In this document: one piece after another, positions 39,696-51,241 of the stretch
How positions within the stretch are numbered: position 1 is the first letter of the stretch
Layout: every line of letters begins with the position of its first letter
NCBI GenBank assembly: GCA_023266935.1
Contig: JAHFOF010000002.1
Location: 68,623-132,622 of the forward strand
Origin: a bacterium
GTDB lineage: Bacteria > Patescibacteriota > Minisyncoccia > Phycocordibacterales > Zambryskibacteraceae
DNA length: 64,000 bases
Reading direction: 5' to 3'
Notes under the pieces: model-generated
What the model was told of the DNA's origin: nothing
Seen by the model: the letters and a program-made list of their open reading frames with translations, nothing else
The model's database searches: none
Made by a program: the position numbers and the translations under genes

Positions 39696-39935
39696 ATGCA
39701 CATTGTATACGTTTTACAAGACGAAAAGGGTAAGTTTTACAAAGGACTTACAAATAACCTTGCAAGACGTTTCAGTGAACATAAAAGAGGAGAAACAATT
39801 ACAACTTCAAAAATGAGTGGGTTGAAAATTGTTTATACTGAAGAATATGACTCCTTCGAAAAAGCCCGAGCAAGAGAAGTGTACCTAAAAACTGCTGCGG
39901 GACGAAGGTTTCTGAAAAATAAATTGCGGCTGTAG
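39696..39935 (+). CDS. small GIY-YIG nuclease-domain protein (UPF0213/YhbQ-like)
   Basis: IVYVLQDEKGKFYKGLTNNLARRFSEHKRG GIY-YIG motif; 79 aa. The stop codon lies inside the first 10 nt of tRNA-Asp. Confidence 0.75.
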   Translation: MHIVYVLQDEKGKFYKGLTNNLARRFSEHKRGETITTSKMSGLKIVYTEEYDSFEKARAREVYLKTAAGRRFLKNKLRL

Positions 39936-40000
39936 CTCAACGGTAGAGCACTCCCCTGTCACGGGAGAGGCCGTGGGGTCAGCACCCATCAGCCGCGCCA
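39926..40000 (+). tRNA. tRNA-Asp (GUC)
   Basis: GCGGCTGTAGCTCAACGGTAGAGC...CTCCC-CTGTCAC-GGGAG...CAGCCGCGCCA with encoded CCA; unusual T-loop GTCAGCA. Confidence 0.75.
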
Positions 40001-40004
40001 AACC

Positions 40005-40170
40005 AAAAAGTCCAGATTTATTCTGGTCTTTTTTATACCTTTGCCGAGCTGAAGAAATGTTTAAATGACATTTCGTTGGGTGCTGAGGGCGCAGGCCGAC
40101 GGGCCGAGCCGGGGTCGCGCAAATCCCGACCACGGGATTATGTGTGATCAGACCACCCATCATCCGCGCA
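40005..40170 (+). repeat. 166-nt direct repeat R1 (cassette-junction element ending in a tRNA-Asp 3'-like core)
   Basis: About 97% identical to 40846..41012. Internal hairpins GAAATGT..ACATTTC and AATCCCG..CGGGATT. 3' end CCACCCATCATCCGCGCA. Confidence 0.85.
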
Positions 40171-40244
40171 TCTGAAAAGACCCTTAGAAATACGGGTCTT
40201 TTTCTGTAGAGAAATGAGACGTTAGAAATGATACACTCAATTAT

Positions 40245-40814
40245 ATGGAAAAAGTACCAGGACAATATGAAACCGAAGGTTTTATACCATTTGAACAATC
40301 CCTTCAAATGGCTCGAAAACTCATGGAAGATCATGAAGACGAATTGATAAATATCCGCGCTGCACTTCCCGAAGAAGATCGAGAGGCAATTAGATTTAAT
40401 GGAAGTTCCATTGAACACCACTTGAATAAGTTTCCTAAAGAAACACTAAAAAGATTTTGGGGACATGGAATTTTCAGAGGCGACGCAGAAAAAAATCTTG
40501 CGGCGCTGATTAATGTTATCCAAAATAAAAGTATAAAAGGTTCTATTGCCACCCTTGTTGATAGTGGTTATTATGATGCCGCAAAGGATGGCGATTTTTT
40601 AGTTCTTTCACACGCAGACACCACGCTCGCTGTGTTGAATGAAAACGGCAAACCTATCTTTAATGAAATCGGTTTAGTTATTAACGCTGGAGCCTATGTG
40701 GTAAATGCGAAGCTTTATCCAATAATTGATGATTTGAAGGTTCTTTTTCCTGATGCAAATATTCTCATGGCAAATGAAGTTCCTGAGTATGTGAATAGTG
40801 AAACTGGAGTTTAG
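40245..40814 (+). CDS. hypothetical protein (cassette 1 cargo)
   Basis: 189 aa, soluble, no family recognised. Confidence 0.45.
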   Translation: MEKVPGQYETEGFIPFEQSLQMARKLMEDHEDELINIRAALPEEDREAIRFNGSSIEHHLNKFPKETLKRFWGHGIFRGDAEKNLAALINVIQNKSIKGSIATLVDSGYYDAAKDGDFLVLSHADTTLAVLNENGKPIFNEIGLVINAGAYVVNAKLYPIIDDLKVLFPDANILMANEVPEYVNSETGV

Positions 40815-40845
40815 TTCTCACTTCATACACTAGCCCGCGCTAGGT

Positions 40846-41012
40846 TAAAAAAGTCCAGATTTATTCTGGTTTTTTTATACCTTTGCCGAGCTGAAGAAAT
40901 GTCTAAACGACATTTCGTTGGGTGCTGAGGGCGCAGGCCGACGGGCCGAGCCGGGGTCGCGCAAATCCCGACCACGGGATTATGTGTGATCAGACCACCC
41001 ATCAGCCGCGCA
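40846..41012 (+). repeat. 166-nt direct repeat R2
   Basis: Second copy; 3' end CCACCCATCAGCCGCGCA is almost identical to the tRNA-Asp 3' end. It is preceded by the 21-nt junction cttcatacactagcccgcgct, which recurs at 41723..41743. Confidence 0.85.
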
Positions 41013-41033
41013 AAACTTGGTATAATTCAAAGA

Positions 41034-41735
41034 ATGATACCTCTGAAGTTTGTTTATCTCGTCGGTCTTGTTCCCATAGGAATTGCATGGCTCGTTCTTT
41101 ATTTTCAGCGCAGTGATTTAAGAAAGGAAATGCTCTGGATGAGTTCTCTGATGGCATTCGGAAGCTTTGTCACTTCGTATTACTTTTGGACAAAAGATTG
41201 GTGGAGGCCGTTAACGATAACTGGTACTAGAGTTGGTATTGAGGATATTCTGCTCGGGTTTGCTATTGGTGGAATTGAGGCGGTTATATATGAGGTGGTA
41301 TTTAAAAAGAAATATTATAAAAGAAAACTTCATCCTCATAATTTTTTGTTGCCGCTTCTGCTCTTAATCCAGCTTATTACTTTTTTATTCTGGGGTGTAG
41401 GGCTAACATCTTTTTGGTCCTGTGTATTGTCCTTAATTTTGGTTTCTACGGGTGTATTTATTATAAGAAGAGATTTGTTAATGAACGGAATCTTATCTGG
41501 AATACTAACTATGTTAATTGCCATGTTAGATTACTACTTCATCATGCTCATTTCTCCCCAATGGATAGATCACACTTATCTTTCATCTTTAAGTGGCGTT
41601 AGAATAACGGGAATACCAATAGAAGAACTAATATTCTGGTTTTTGGCTGGATTGCTGTTTGGCCCTTTATATGAATACTGGCAGGGTAAAAGATTGGTTG
41701 GCATTAAGAAATCCAGTTCCAACTTCATACACTAG
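41034..41735 (+). CDS. multi-TM membrane protein with two lycopene-cyclase-domain-like repeats (tentative); cassette 2 cargo
   Basis: Repeated ...GIEDIL... and ...GIPIEELIFWFLAG... blocks resembling the PxEE motif of CrtYcd-type domains. Start moved past the repeat. Confidence 0.35.
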   Translation: MIPLKFVYLVGLVPIGIAWLVLYFQRSDLRKEMLWMSSLMAFGSFVTSYYFWTKDWWRPLTITGTRVGIEDILLGFAIGGIEAVIYEVVFKKKYYKRKLHPHNFLLPLLLLIQLITFLFWGVGLTSFWSCVLSLILVSTGVFIIRRDLLMNGILSGILTMLIAMLDYYFIMLISPQWIDHTYLSSLSGVRITGIPIEELIFWFLAGLLFGPLYEYWQGKRLVGIKKSSSNFIH

Positions 41736-42158
41736 CCCGCGCTTCCATAATTTAAAACAGAAAAGCCCCACGCAGGTAAGCTATGAGGCTTCTCTGCTTG
41801 GGGCTCAAACCGATCGACCAACTGATGCAACTTCGAGCTTCCAGGTGTGTTTCTTGTCTGGAACGAACATATGACTCACGTGTGCACCTCCAGCAAGAGC
41901 AACCGTCCGAACAAGCCAGCCACCAGGAACCTTCAAGCGATGCGAGAAGGACCTGGAATCCTGGAAGTTTTGGACATCGTCCATCACTTGAATCCTTTCC
42001 CACATAGAGGCTCCTTTTGTCTGAAGTTGTAGTTGAGAACTGACTTTTTATATGATATCACACAATTATTATATAGTCAAGCGTATTGCTAAATCTTTAA
42101 CCTAATTCCAACCTCATACACCCTCGGCCATAGTCTATAGACGAGGCTGACCCGCGCA

Positions 42159-42851
42159 TTAAATAACCTTAAACTCTTTAAACACTGCCTCGTATTGGGC
42201 GATGGTTCCTTTTGCCTCGCGGTCATTCAACTGAAAACTTGCACCATCATGAGCAATGCGATTTCTGATCTTATGAGCATCCCAAGCAGATTGGAGGGAA
42301 AGGAAATCACTTGGTTCAACCGACTGCAGTTTGTCCCCTATTGAACCTTCGTGGTGTCCTGATGCAGTGAGAAGTTCGTCGAGCATGATATCTGCTTCGA
42401 GTATCGCCTGTCTCCAATCTGATTCGTTCGTTGAATTAATAAGTCTTTGGATATTTTCCCACCTTAAATTCTTTACTTCCAATTCAGCTTCACCTGATAA
42501 TGTTTCTGGTTTGCCAAATGTGGTTTCTTCTGTCTTCTCAATCTCCTTTAATTTTTTAGAATTATAATAAATCCCTACAAGACAGAGAACCCCCACAACC
42601 ACCGACAAGATTTTTATAATCGGCCATAGGTAAGTCAAAAAATAATCCACCACCGCAGACCAAATCATAGAAAACGTGTCACCAGTATAAAAAGCTAGAA
42701 GTTGTTGGATACGAGAAATAACCAGCCAGATAAAAAACACCATGAGGACTAGAACCAAAACCTCTATCATTCTATCTGGGCCAACTGCTTTCTTTTTGTC
42801 TTTATCCATAAAATTCTTTGCTAGCTTTGAAAATATTATCCTCTCGACCAA
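42159..42851 (-). CDS. hypothetical membrane protein
   Basis: 3-4 TM N-terminal region plus a soluble C-terminal domain. Confidence 0.4.
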   Translation of the reverse strand: MVERIIFSKLAKNFMDKDKKKAVGPDRMIEVLVLVLMVFFIWLVISRIQQLLAFYTGDTFSMIWSAVVDYFLTYLWPIIKILSVVVGVLCLVGIYYNSKKLKEIEKTEETTFGKPETLSGEAELEVKNLRWENIQRLINSTNESDWRQAILEADIMLDELLTASGHHEGSIGDKLQSVEPSDFLSLQSAWDAHKIRNRIAHDGASFQLNDREAKGTIAQYEAVFKEFKVI

Positions 42852-44199
42852 GATCTCCTATTAATTCTATACCCAAAGGCAAATCGTTTTCCTTTCCGAA
42901 AGGGAGAGTAATACACGGACACCCCGTCACATTCGCAGGCACGGTAAAAATATCTTCAAGATACATATCAAGCGGAGACGACCTCTCTCCAAATTTAAAG
43001 GCACTAGACGGAGTAGTTGGGAGCAAAATCAAATCCACTTTTTTAAACGCTTCCCTAAATTCTTTTCTAATCAAACTCCGAACATTTTCAGCCGTCCCAT
43101 AATACGCATCATAGTATCCAGAAGAAAGCACATATGTGCCGAGAATAATTCTTCGACGAACCTCTTTACCAAATCCAACTCCGCGAGTTTTAAAATAATC
43201 ATCTATCCCATTTTCTCCTCCCACTCGAAGTCCATATTTCACTCCATCAAACCGGGCCATGTTTGAAGAAATTTCTGCTGGCACGATAACATAATAAACA
43301 GCCAATGAGTATTCTATAGTCGGAAATTCGAGGTCTATGACCTTGTATCCGAGAGATTCAAATCTTTTTATAGCTTCCTCCACATTCTTCTTTGTATTTT
43401 CACTGGCTTTGTTTATAAACATCCTCGGCACTCCGATGGTTTTATCAAAATTCTTTTGTTTGGGATAAATTTCTTCGGTGATGGTTGTGCTGTCTAGTGA
43501 ATCAGGGCCTCTTAAAACTTCATATATTAATTCAGCATCTTCAACAGTCTTAGAAAATGGACCAATCTGGTCAAATGAAGAAGTCATGGCCATAAGTCCC
43601 GAACGAGAAATTCGCCCATATGTGGGCTTGAACCCCACCAAACCACAGAATGAGGCAGGTTGTCTGATAGAACCCCCCGTATCTGAACCTAGGGCTCCGA
43701 GGACCATTCCTCCAGCCACAGCGGCTGCCGAACCACCAGAAGAACCCCCAGAAACACGAGTTTGATCCAGTGGATTTTTGGTAGGACCGAAGGCGCTGTT
43801 TTCTGTAGAAGAACCCATCGCAAATTCATCACAATTCGTTCTTCCAAAAATAATTGCTCCAGCTTCTTGAAGTTTATTCACTGCTGTAGAATTCGTCGGA
43901 GAAACAAAATTTTCAAGAATTTTTGAACTCGCGCTCGCATGTTCTCCGGCGACAGTGATGTTGTCTTTCAGGGCGATTGGGATACCGAGGAGAGGTAAAT
44001 CAATTCCCTCTTTGATTTTCTTGTCTGCTTCATCTGCTTGATCCAAAACATTTTTAAAAATTTCTAGGAAGGCATGAATGTTTCCATCCTTATCCTTAAC
44101 TGCATCAATACAAGCTTGAGTTAATTCTCTAGATGAAAACTTTTTGGCTTTCAGAGCTTCTCTGGCCGACTGAATAGTAAGTGTTGAAAGGTCAATCAT
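42802..44199 (-). CDS. gatA: Glu-tRNA(Gln)/Asp-tRNA(Asn) amidotransferase subunit A
   Basis: Amidase signature GGSSGGSAAAVA, Ser-cisSer-Lys triad context. Confidence 0.9.
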   Translation of the reverse strand: MIDLSTLTIQSAREALKAKKFSSRELTQACIDAVKDKDGNIHAFLEIFKNVLDQADEADKKIKEGIDLPLLGIPIALKDNITVAGEHASASSKILENFVSPTNSTAVNKLQEAGAIIFGRTNCDEFAMGSSTENSAFGPTKNPLDQTRVSGGSSGGSAAAVAGGMVLGALGSDTGGSIRQPASFCGLVGFKPTYGRISRSGLMAMTSSFDQIGPFSKTVEDAELIYEVLRGPDSLDSTTITEEIYPKQKNFDKTIGVPRMFINKASENTKKNVEEAIKRFESLGYKVIDLEFPTIEYSLAVYYVIVPAEISSNMARFDGVKYGLRVGGENGIDDYFKTRGVGFGKEVRRRIILGTYVLSSGYYDAYYGTAENVRSLIRKEFREAFKKVDLILLPTTPSSAFKFGERSSPLDMYLEDIFTVPANVTGCPCITLPFGKENDLPLGIELIGDLGREDNIFKASKEFYG

Positions 44200-44486
44200 A
44201 GAATTTTCTTCACTTTTATATAATCACCTTCTCGAGCTGGAGCATTTTCCAAAATTTTTTCTGTATGAATACCAGAATCATGAGCGTTTTCATCTGCACG
44301 CAAAACGTTTTTTAAAGCATAATCTTCTGAATTTTTATCTTTCAGACTTTCTAACTTTGAGACTTGTTTAATTTCCCCAACATAGCCTAAAATGGCTTCG
44401 AATTCGGTCGAAAGTTCCTCCGCTTCTGCATCAGAGATTTCTATGCGCGCCAGCTTGGCCAATTTAAGCACTTCTGCCTTATTCAT
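44196..44486 (-). CDS. gatC: amidotransferase subunit C
   Basis: 96 aa; MNKAEVLKLAKLARIEISDAEAEE; translationally coupled to gatA. Confidence 0.8.
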   Translation of the reverse strand: MNKAEVLKLAKLARIEISDAEAEELSTEFEAILGYVGEIKQVSKLESLKDKNSEDYALKNVLRADENAHDSGIHTEKILENAPAREGDYIKVKKIL

Positions 44487-44490
44487 ATGG

Positions 44491-46984
<2,494 letters not shown>

Positions 46985-46985
46985 T

Positions 46986-47510
46986 TTAGTGCCAATTTAA
47001 AATATTCTCTCTAATCTGAAATTGTCTAGACAAAAGGCCTTGACTCCAACTCATTCTAACCGTAACTGAAATTTCATTGGCATTTATTTGCTCGAGTTGG
47101 ATTTCTCTTCTGAACGGTGTGTTGGCCCACGAGGCTGTATATCCATAAAAACCCGTCCCACTATCCTCTTTCAAGATCGCACAACTTCCGAAGTCTCCTG
47201 AACAAGCGAGGACCTGATTATTAACTGCATCAATAGTACAAGTTTTACCAAAATAGCATGGGTCATTGGAAGTAGAAGCAAATCCGGTCAACCAATTTTG
47301 CTTTTTTAGACCGTTTTCATCTCGCATATTTCTGATTTGTTCTACTCCTTCACCGGCCAAATAGAAAGCGATAATCTGATCCCTAGAAAGAGTAGACAGA
47401 GAAATACCACTTTGAGCTGCACTGAAAGCAGCCGTAATGATAGTAATAAGAATAGTAATAGCTACTAAAGTTTCAATTAAAGTAAAGCCGTTGTGCAGGG
47501 ATTTTTTCAT
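46986..47510 (-). CDS. type IV minor pilin/pseudopilin
   Basis: NGFTLIETLVAITILI class III signal peptide. Confidence 0.75.
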   Translation of the reverse strand: MKKSLHNGFTLIETLVAITILITIITAAFSAAQSGISLSTLSRDQIIAFYLAGEGVEQIRNMRDENGLKKQNWLTGFASTSNDPCYFGKTCTIDAVNNQVLACSGDFGSCAILKEDSGTGFYGYTASWANTPFRREIQLEQINANEISVTVRMSWSQGLLSRQFQIRENILNWH

Positions 47511-47511
47511 A

Positions 47512-48096
47512 CTAGTTGTCTATTAATCTTTGGGAGGCCATGGATTCCAAGGTAAAACTCGTTCGGGTATTAGATTTGGTTCCAGCATCTCCACTAATCT
47601 TGATCAAAGCCTTCGGTTGTAGTGTGTCAGCTGGATAAGAATTCGCCCCGATAACATAAAATGTGAGGCTACTGATATTTATTTCTGGTGCAGTGACTGC
47701 CACATAAGTATTTCCTCCGTCCACTGATTTTTCCATAGATGAACCGTTTAATCTATATACAGTTTGCACTCCTTCACTCGACAGGAAACTAATGAAAGAA
47801 TCTCCAAGTGAACAATTTTGAGGAAGAGACAAAGAACCAGTAGAACCACAATGGTAGTTTCTACCAAAACGAATTTCTCTGGTCATCGTTTCCACAGCAA
47901 AGTTTAGATTATCCATCACAGTCTTCGCTGATTCGGCTTTTTTATTCGCATCAAAGATTCCCAGAAGCGCGCCCATACTAATCATCATCACCACCATAAA
48001 AACCGTGAGGGAAGTCATCATTTCAATAAGAGTAAATCCCTGCCTGCCGGCAGGCAGGCTTTTTTCATTCTTTGGTTTTAAAAATTTTATTTTCAT
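47512..48096 (-). CDS. type IV minor pilin/pseudopilin; carries palindrome copy 3 in the leader
   Basis: QGFTLIEMMTSLTVFMVV; LPAGRQ immediately before the cleavage Gly. Confidence 0.7.
   Translation of the reverse strand: MKIKFLKPKNEKSLPAGRQGFTLIEMMTSLTVFMVVMMISMGALLGIFDANKKAESAKTVMDNLNFAVETMTREIRFGRNYHCGSTGSLSLPQNCSLGDSFISFLSSEGVQTVYRLNGSSMEKSVDGGNTYVAVTAPEINISSLTFYVIGANSYPADTLQPKALIKISGDAGTKSNTRTSFTLESMASQRLIDN
48039..48058. repeat. 20-bp GC palindrome, copy 3 (perfect)
   Basis: cctgcctgccggcaggcagg in the prepilin leader-coding region. Confidence 0.85.
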
Positions 48097-48737
48097 TTAA
48101 CTGATATTTGTCCAGTGGTATAAACCGTCACCGAATGCGTAGCCGCTACGGATAAAAGATCTATCTCTGCTCCCAATACACCAAACGCATTAATGATACC
48201 CCCACCAGCATTAAAAAAAACCATCGTAGCTGAAGTGCTCGGACGAAGAAAGGTAATATCAACACGCTTTACCGTACAATCTTTAGTACCGTTGCTATAC
48301 AAAAGACAAAGTTGATTAATGGTATTCCCGTATGAAGTATTTATTTTCTCTAAACATTCAGAAGAACCTCCAACTGGACAATCCCAAGTCCCATCATAAT
48401 ATCCATTCTTTGAAACTCCTCGATCAGCGAAGAAAAGATAAGAACTATTTGAACCTGTCTCAGAAATATTAAAATCAACCCCATAAGCACTAGTGAAATC
48501 TCCTGAACCCGTTTGCAATTCCTTCACACTCACCCCATATATCTGAGCTTGGCGAATAGAAAGGCTGATGTCGTTAGCCAAATTAGCAATGGAAATACTT
48601 TCTGAATAAGAAGACTGATTAAATAAAACAATAGAAGTAATTACCAGCATAATACCAATAGACATCATCAATTCAATAAGAGTAAAGCCCGTTCGACGGA
48701 GAATCAAAGACTTTTTATTTAAATAAAGAGAGGACAT
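48093..48737 (-). CDS. type IV minor pilin/pseudopilin
   Basis: TGFTLIELMMSIGIMLVI. Confidence 0.75.
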   Translation of the reverse strand: MSSLYLNKKSLILRRTGFTLIELMMSIGIMLVITSIVLFNQSSYSESISIANLANDISLSIRQAQIYGVSVKELQTGSGDFTSAYGVDFNISETGSNSSYLFFADRGVSKNGYYDGTWDCPVGGSSECLEKINTSYGNTINQLCLLYSNGTKDCTVKRVDITFLRPSTSATMVFFNAGGGIINAFGVLGAEIDLLSVAATHSVTVYTTGQISVK

Positions 48738-49464
48738 GAAATAAATCGAGATTTAAAATGAGACTTAGCCATGCGCCCACAATTAAAAACGGTGCAAACG
48801 GTATCTCGCTCTTCATTGTAAGCTTTTTTACCCCTTTGAACAAAGGACTAAACGCCCAGACAATAAACATATAACCCAAACTAACTACACTTCCAATCAC
48901 GAATGCCAACACTAGGGTTGAGAAAGCATTCGGAGCTCCTAAAAGCACTCCGATGGATAACGCGAGCTTCGCATCACCCAGCCCCATGGCTCGACCTCTA
49001 GAAATTAACCAGATTAAACCGAAAAAACCAAACAAGATGGGCCCAGCAAGCCAATCAAGTGTCGTAGAATTTCCAAGCGAGAATCTATAAATCAAAGCGA
49101 TAATCAAAGCTGAATAAGACAAGGCATCAGGGATAACTTTGTGTCGAGCGTCATAAATGGTGATGACCACATAAATACAAAAAACAATTAAAGCGAGATA
49201 ACTGGAGATAGAAATAAAAAGAAATGCGGTCCACAATTCAACCAGTGGATACTGCCAAGAAATTTTGGTTTTGCATCCACTACATTTGCCATTCAAACCA
49301 ATAAAACTAATCACGGGGATTAATTCCCACCAACGAAGTTGTTTATGGCAAGCAACACAAAAAGACCTGCCCCCAATAGTCACGCCCGAATTCCATCTAA
49401 GACCTAGCACATTAAGAAAACTCCCAACGATAAGTCCGAAAACAAAGAGAAATAATATAATCAC
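48715..49464 (-). CDS. pilD: prepilin peptidase (A24 family)
   Basis: N-terminal Cys-x-x-C pairs, GLGDAKL catalytic Asp region, 8 TM. Confidence 0.85.
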   Translation of the reverse strand: MIILFLFVFGLIVGSFLNVLGLRWNSGVTIGGRSFCVACHKQLRWWELIPVISFIGLNGKCSGCKTKISWQYPLVELWTAFLFISISSYLALIVFCIYVVITIYDARHKVIPDALSYSALIIALIYRFSLGNSTTLDWLAGPILFGFFGLIWLISRGRAMGLGDAKLALSIGVLLGAPNAFSTLVLAFVIGSVVSLGYMFIVWAFSPLFKGVKKLTMKSEIPFAPFLIVGAWLSLILNLDLFHVLSLFK

Positions 49465-49478
49465 GAATTAATTATAGC

Positions 49479-49505
49479 AAAAAAGCCCCGATTCGGGGCT
49501 TTTTT
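49479..49505. terminator. bidirectional rho-independent terminator after pilA
   Basis: AAAAAA-GCCCCGATTCGGGGC-TTTTTT. Confidence 0.7.
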
Positions 49506-49521
49506 GAAAACCAAATTGATT

Positions 49522-49956
49522 TTAGTTTTGAAGACAAGGAGTCGCATCCGATGCAGGAGCATCAGCTACTTTTCTTGAGGCACCAAGAGAGTCAACACAC
49601 CAATGTCCTCCTTCAAATGGAAGGTTTCCAGACATCTTGAACGCAGTCGCTGTTGAATGACAAACGAGAGTTACTCCCGTTGGATAGTTAGTAGCCAAAG
49701 TGTACTGGTACATACCAGAAGTGACATCTGCAAACATACCTGTTGCACAGTCATTAGCTACACTGTAGCCACCATTGTTCCCATAATAAATTTCAGCTGA
49801 TCCACGAGCTGAAGAAAGTTGAGCCTTAACCTTTGAGTCATTTCCCTTACCACGAGCAGAGTTAAGCGATGCAAGAACCACTGACGAAAGAACTCCGATA
49901 ATAGCGATAACCACAAGGAGTTCGATGAGGGTAAAACCTTTTTTGTTTGATAACAT
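49522..49956 (-). CDS. pilA: type IV major pilin
   Basis: KGFTLIELLVVIAIIGVLSSVVLASL; 144 aa; own terminator; C-terminal Cys pair. Confidence 0.85.
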   Translation of the reverse strand: MLSNKKGFTLIELLVVIAIIGVLSSVVLASLNSARGKGNDSKVKAQLSSARGSAEIYYGNNGGYSVANDCATGMFADVTSGMYQYTLATNYPTGVTLVCHSTATAFKMSGNLPFEGGHWCVDSLGASRKVADAPASDATPCLQN

Positions 49957-50032
49957 GATTATTTTAATTTTTACTTAACTCGTAAATTATATACCCAAAC
50001 TGCCTATAGACCCTAATATCTGTGGATAACAG

Positions 50033-51235
50033 CTAAGCTGCGTTGGCGATGTTGTAGATAGGGATAAGCACCGAAGCGAGGAGTGTACCAACCCCAAGCC
50101 CCAAAAGGACAATCATCACAGGTTCGATCAAACCGACGAGGGTATCAACAGCATTTATAACTTCTCGTTCATAAAAGTGGGCCATGGTTTTCAAAATACT
50201 ACCAAGCTCCCCCGTTTCTTCTCCCACTCTAATCATTTGAACCAACAATCCTGGAATTTCTGGATATTCGGCGAGAGATTGAGAAAATGAGCTTCCGCTT
50301 TTAACTGCCACCACACTGTTATCCAGTATTTCTTTGTAAACATCGTTACCGACCACCGAAGCGGTCACTTCAATCGCCCGAACCATAGGGATACCAGAGA
50401 GAACCATCGTGTTCATATTGCCAGAAATAATAGAGAGATAAAGTTTTCTATAAAGATCTCCGATATAAGGGATACTCAATTTTAATCGAGCAAAGGCTTT
50501 CTTGCCCTCTGGGGTTCGCAGGAAACGAACCATAAAGAAAACAACCACTACCAAACCGATCAAAATAAATATCCCATAATTTACAAAAAGATTTGAGATG
50601 GCAAAAACTATGGCCGTATAAAACGGCACCGGTTGACCAGAGTCAAGAAGAATAATACTAATTTTAGGAATGATTACCGTAAACATCAATATCATCACCG
50701 CAAAAAACACTCCGATAACGAAAGAAGGATAAATAAGGGCATTCTTGGCTTTGGAAACAACTTCATAAGTACGATCAAGGTGATCCGCGAGGTAAGCAAA
50801 GGTTTCATTTAATTTTCCTGTTTCTTCACCGGCTTTGACCATGTTCACATAAAAATCAGAGAAAATATCTGGATGTTTGGCCAGAGCTTTTGAGATCGAA
50901 CTTCCTGCTTGTAAATCATCAGCTACTTCTGTGAGGGCTCGACGAAGAAATTGGTTTTCTATTTCACTCGAAAGGAGTGAAAAAATTTTCAACGCCGAAA
51001 CCTGAGCATTGAAAAGAGTGGACATCTGCCTCGAGAGGACGACGATATCTTTGTTCGAAACTTTCGCACCAATAGAAAAATTAGTCATCCATGATTCCTT
51101 CTCGGCCGGATCTATTTCGGTAATAATCAGTCCGCGTTTTTGGAGCGAATCAACAGCCACCTCCATGGAGACAGCTTCGATGGTGCCCTCTTTCTTGGCA
51201 CCATTGTTTTCTAGGGCTTTGTATATATAAAGCAT
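50033..51235 (-). CDS. pilC: type IV pilus assembly platform protein PilC (GspF family)
   Basis: 400 aa; duplicated T2SSF domains; 3 TM. Confidence 0.85.
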   Translation of the reverse strand: MLYIYKALENNGAKKEGTIEAVSMEVAVDSLQKRGLIITEIDPAEKESWMTNFSIGAKVSNKDIVVLSRQMSTLFNAQVSALKIFSLLSSEIENQFLRRALTEVADDLQAGSSISKALAKHPDIFSDFYVNMVKAGEETGKLNETFAYLADHLDRTYEVVSKAKNALIYPSFVIGVFFAVMILMFTVIIPKISIILLDSGQPVPFYTAIVFAISNLFVNYGIFILIGLVVVVFFMVRFLRTPEGKKAFARLKLSIPYIGDLYRKLYLSIISGNMNTMVLSGIPMVRAIEVTASVVGNDVYKEILDNSVVAVKSGSSFSQSLAEYPEIPGLLVQMIRVGEETGELGSILKTMAHFYEREVINAVDTLVGLIEPVMIVLLGLGVGTLLASVLIPIYNIANAA

Positions 51236-51241
51236 AAAATA

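Noticed and set aside
40005-40170. Considered whether the 166-nt repeat is a tmRNA or a riboswitch (TPP, c-di-GMP, ZTP)
   Set aside because: No tag-peptide reading frame, no tRNA-like T-arm, and none of the conserved aptamer cores (CTGAGA...ACCCTT...GAACCTGATC for TPP; GEMM or ZTP cores) are present. The duplication with different downstream genes argues for a junction/recombination element.
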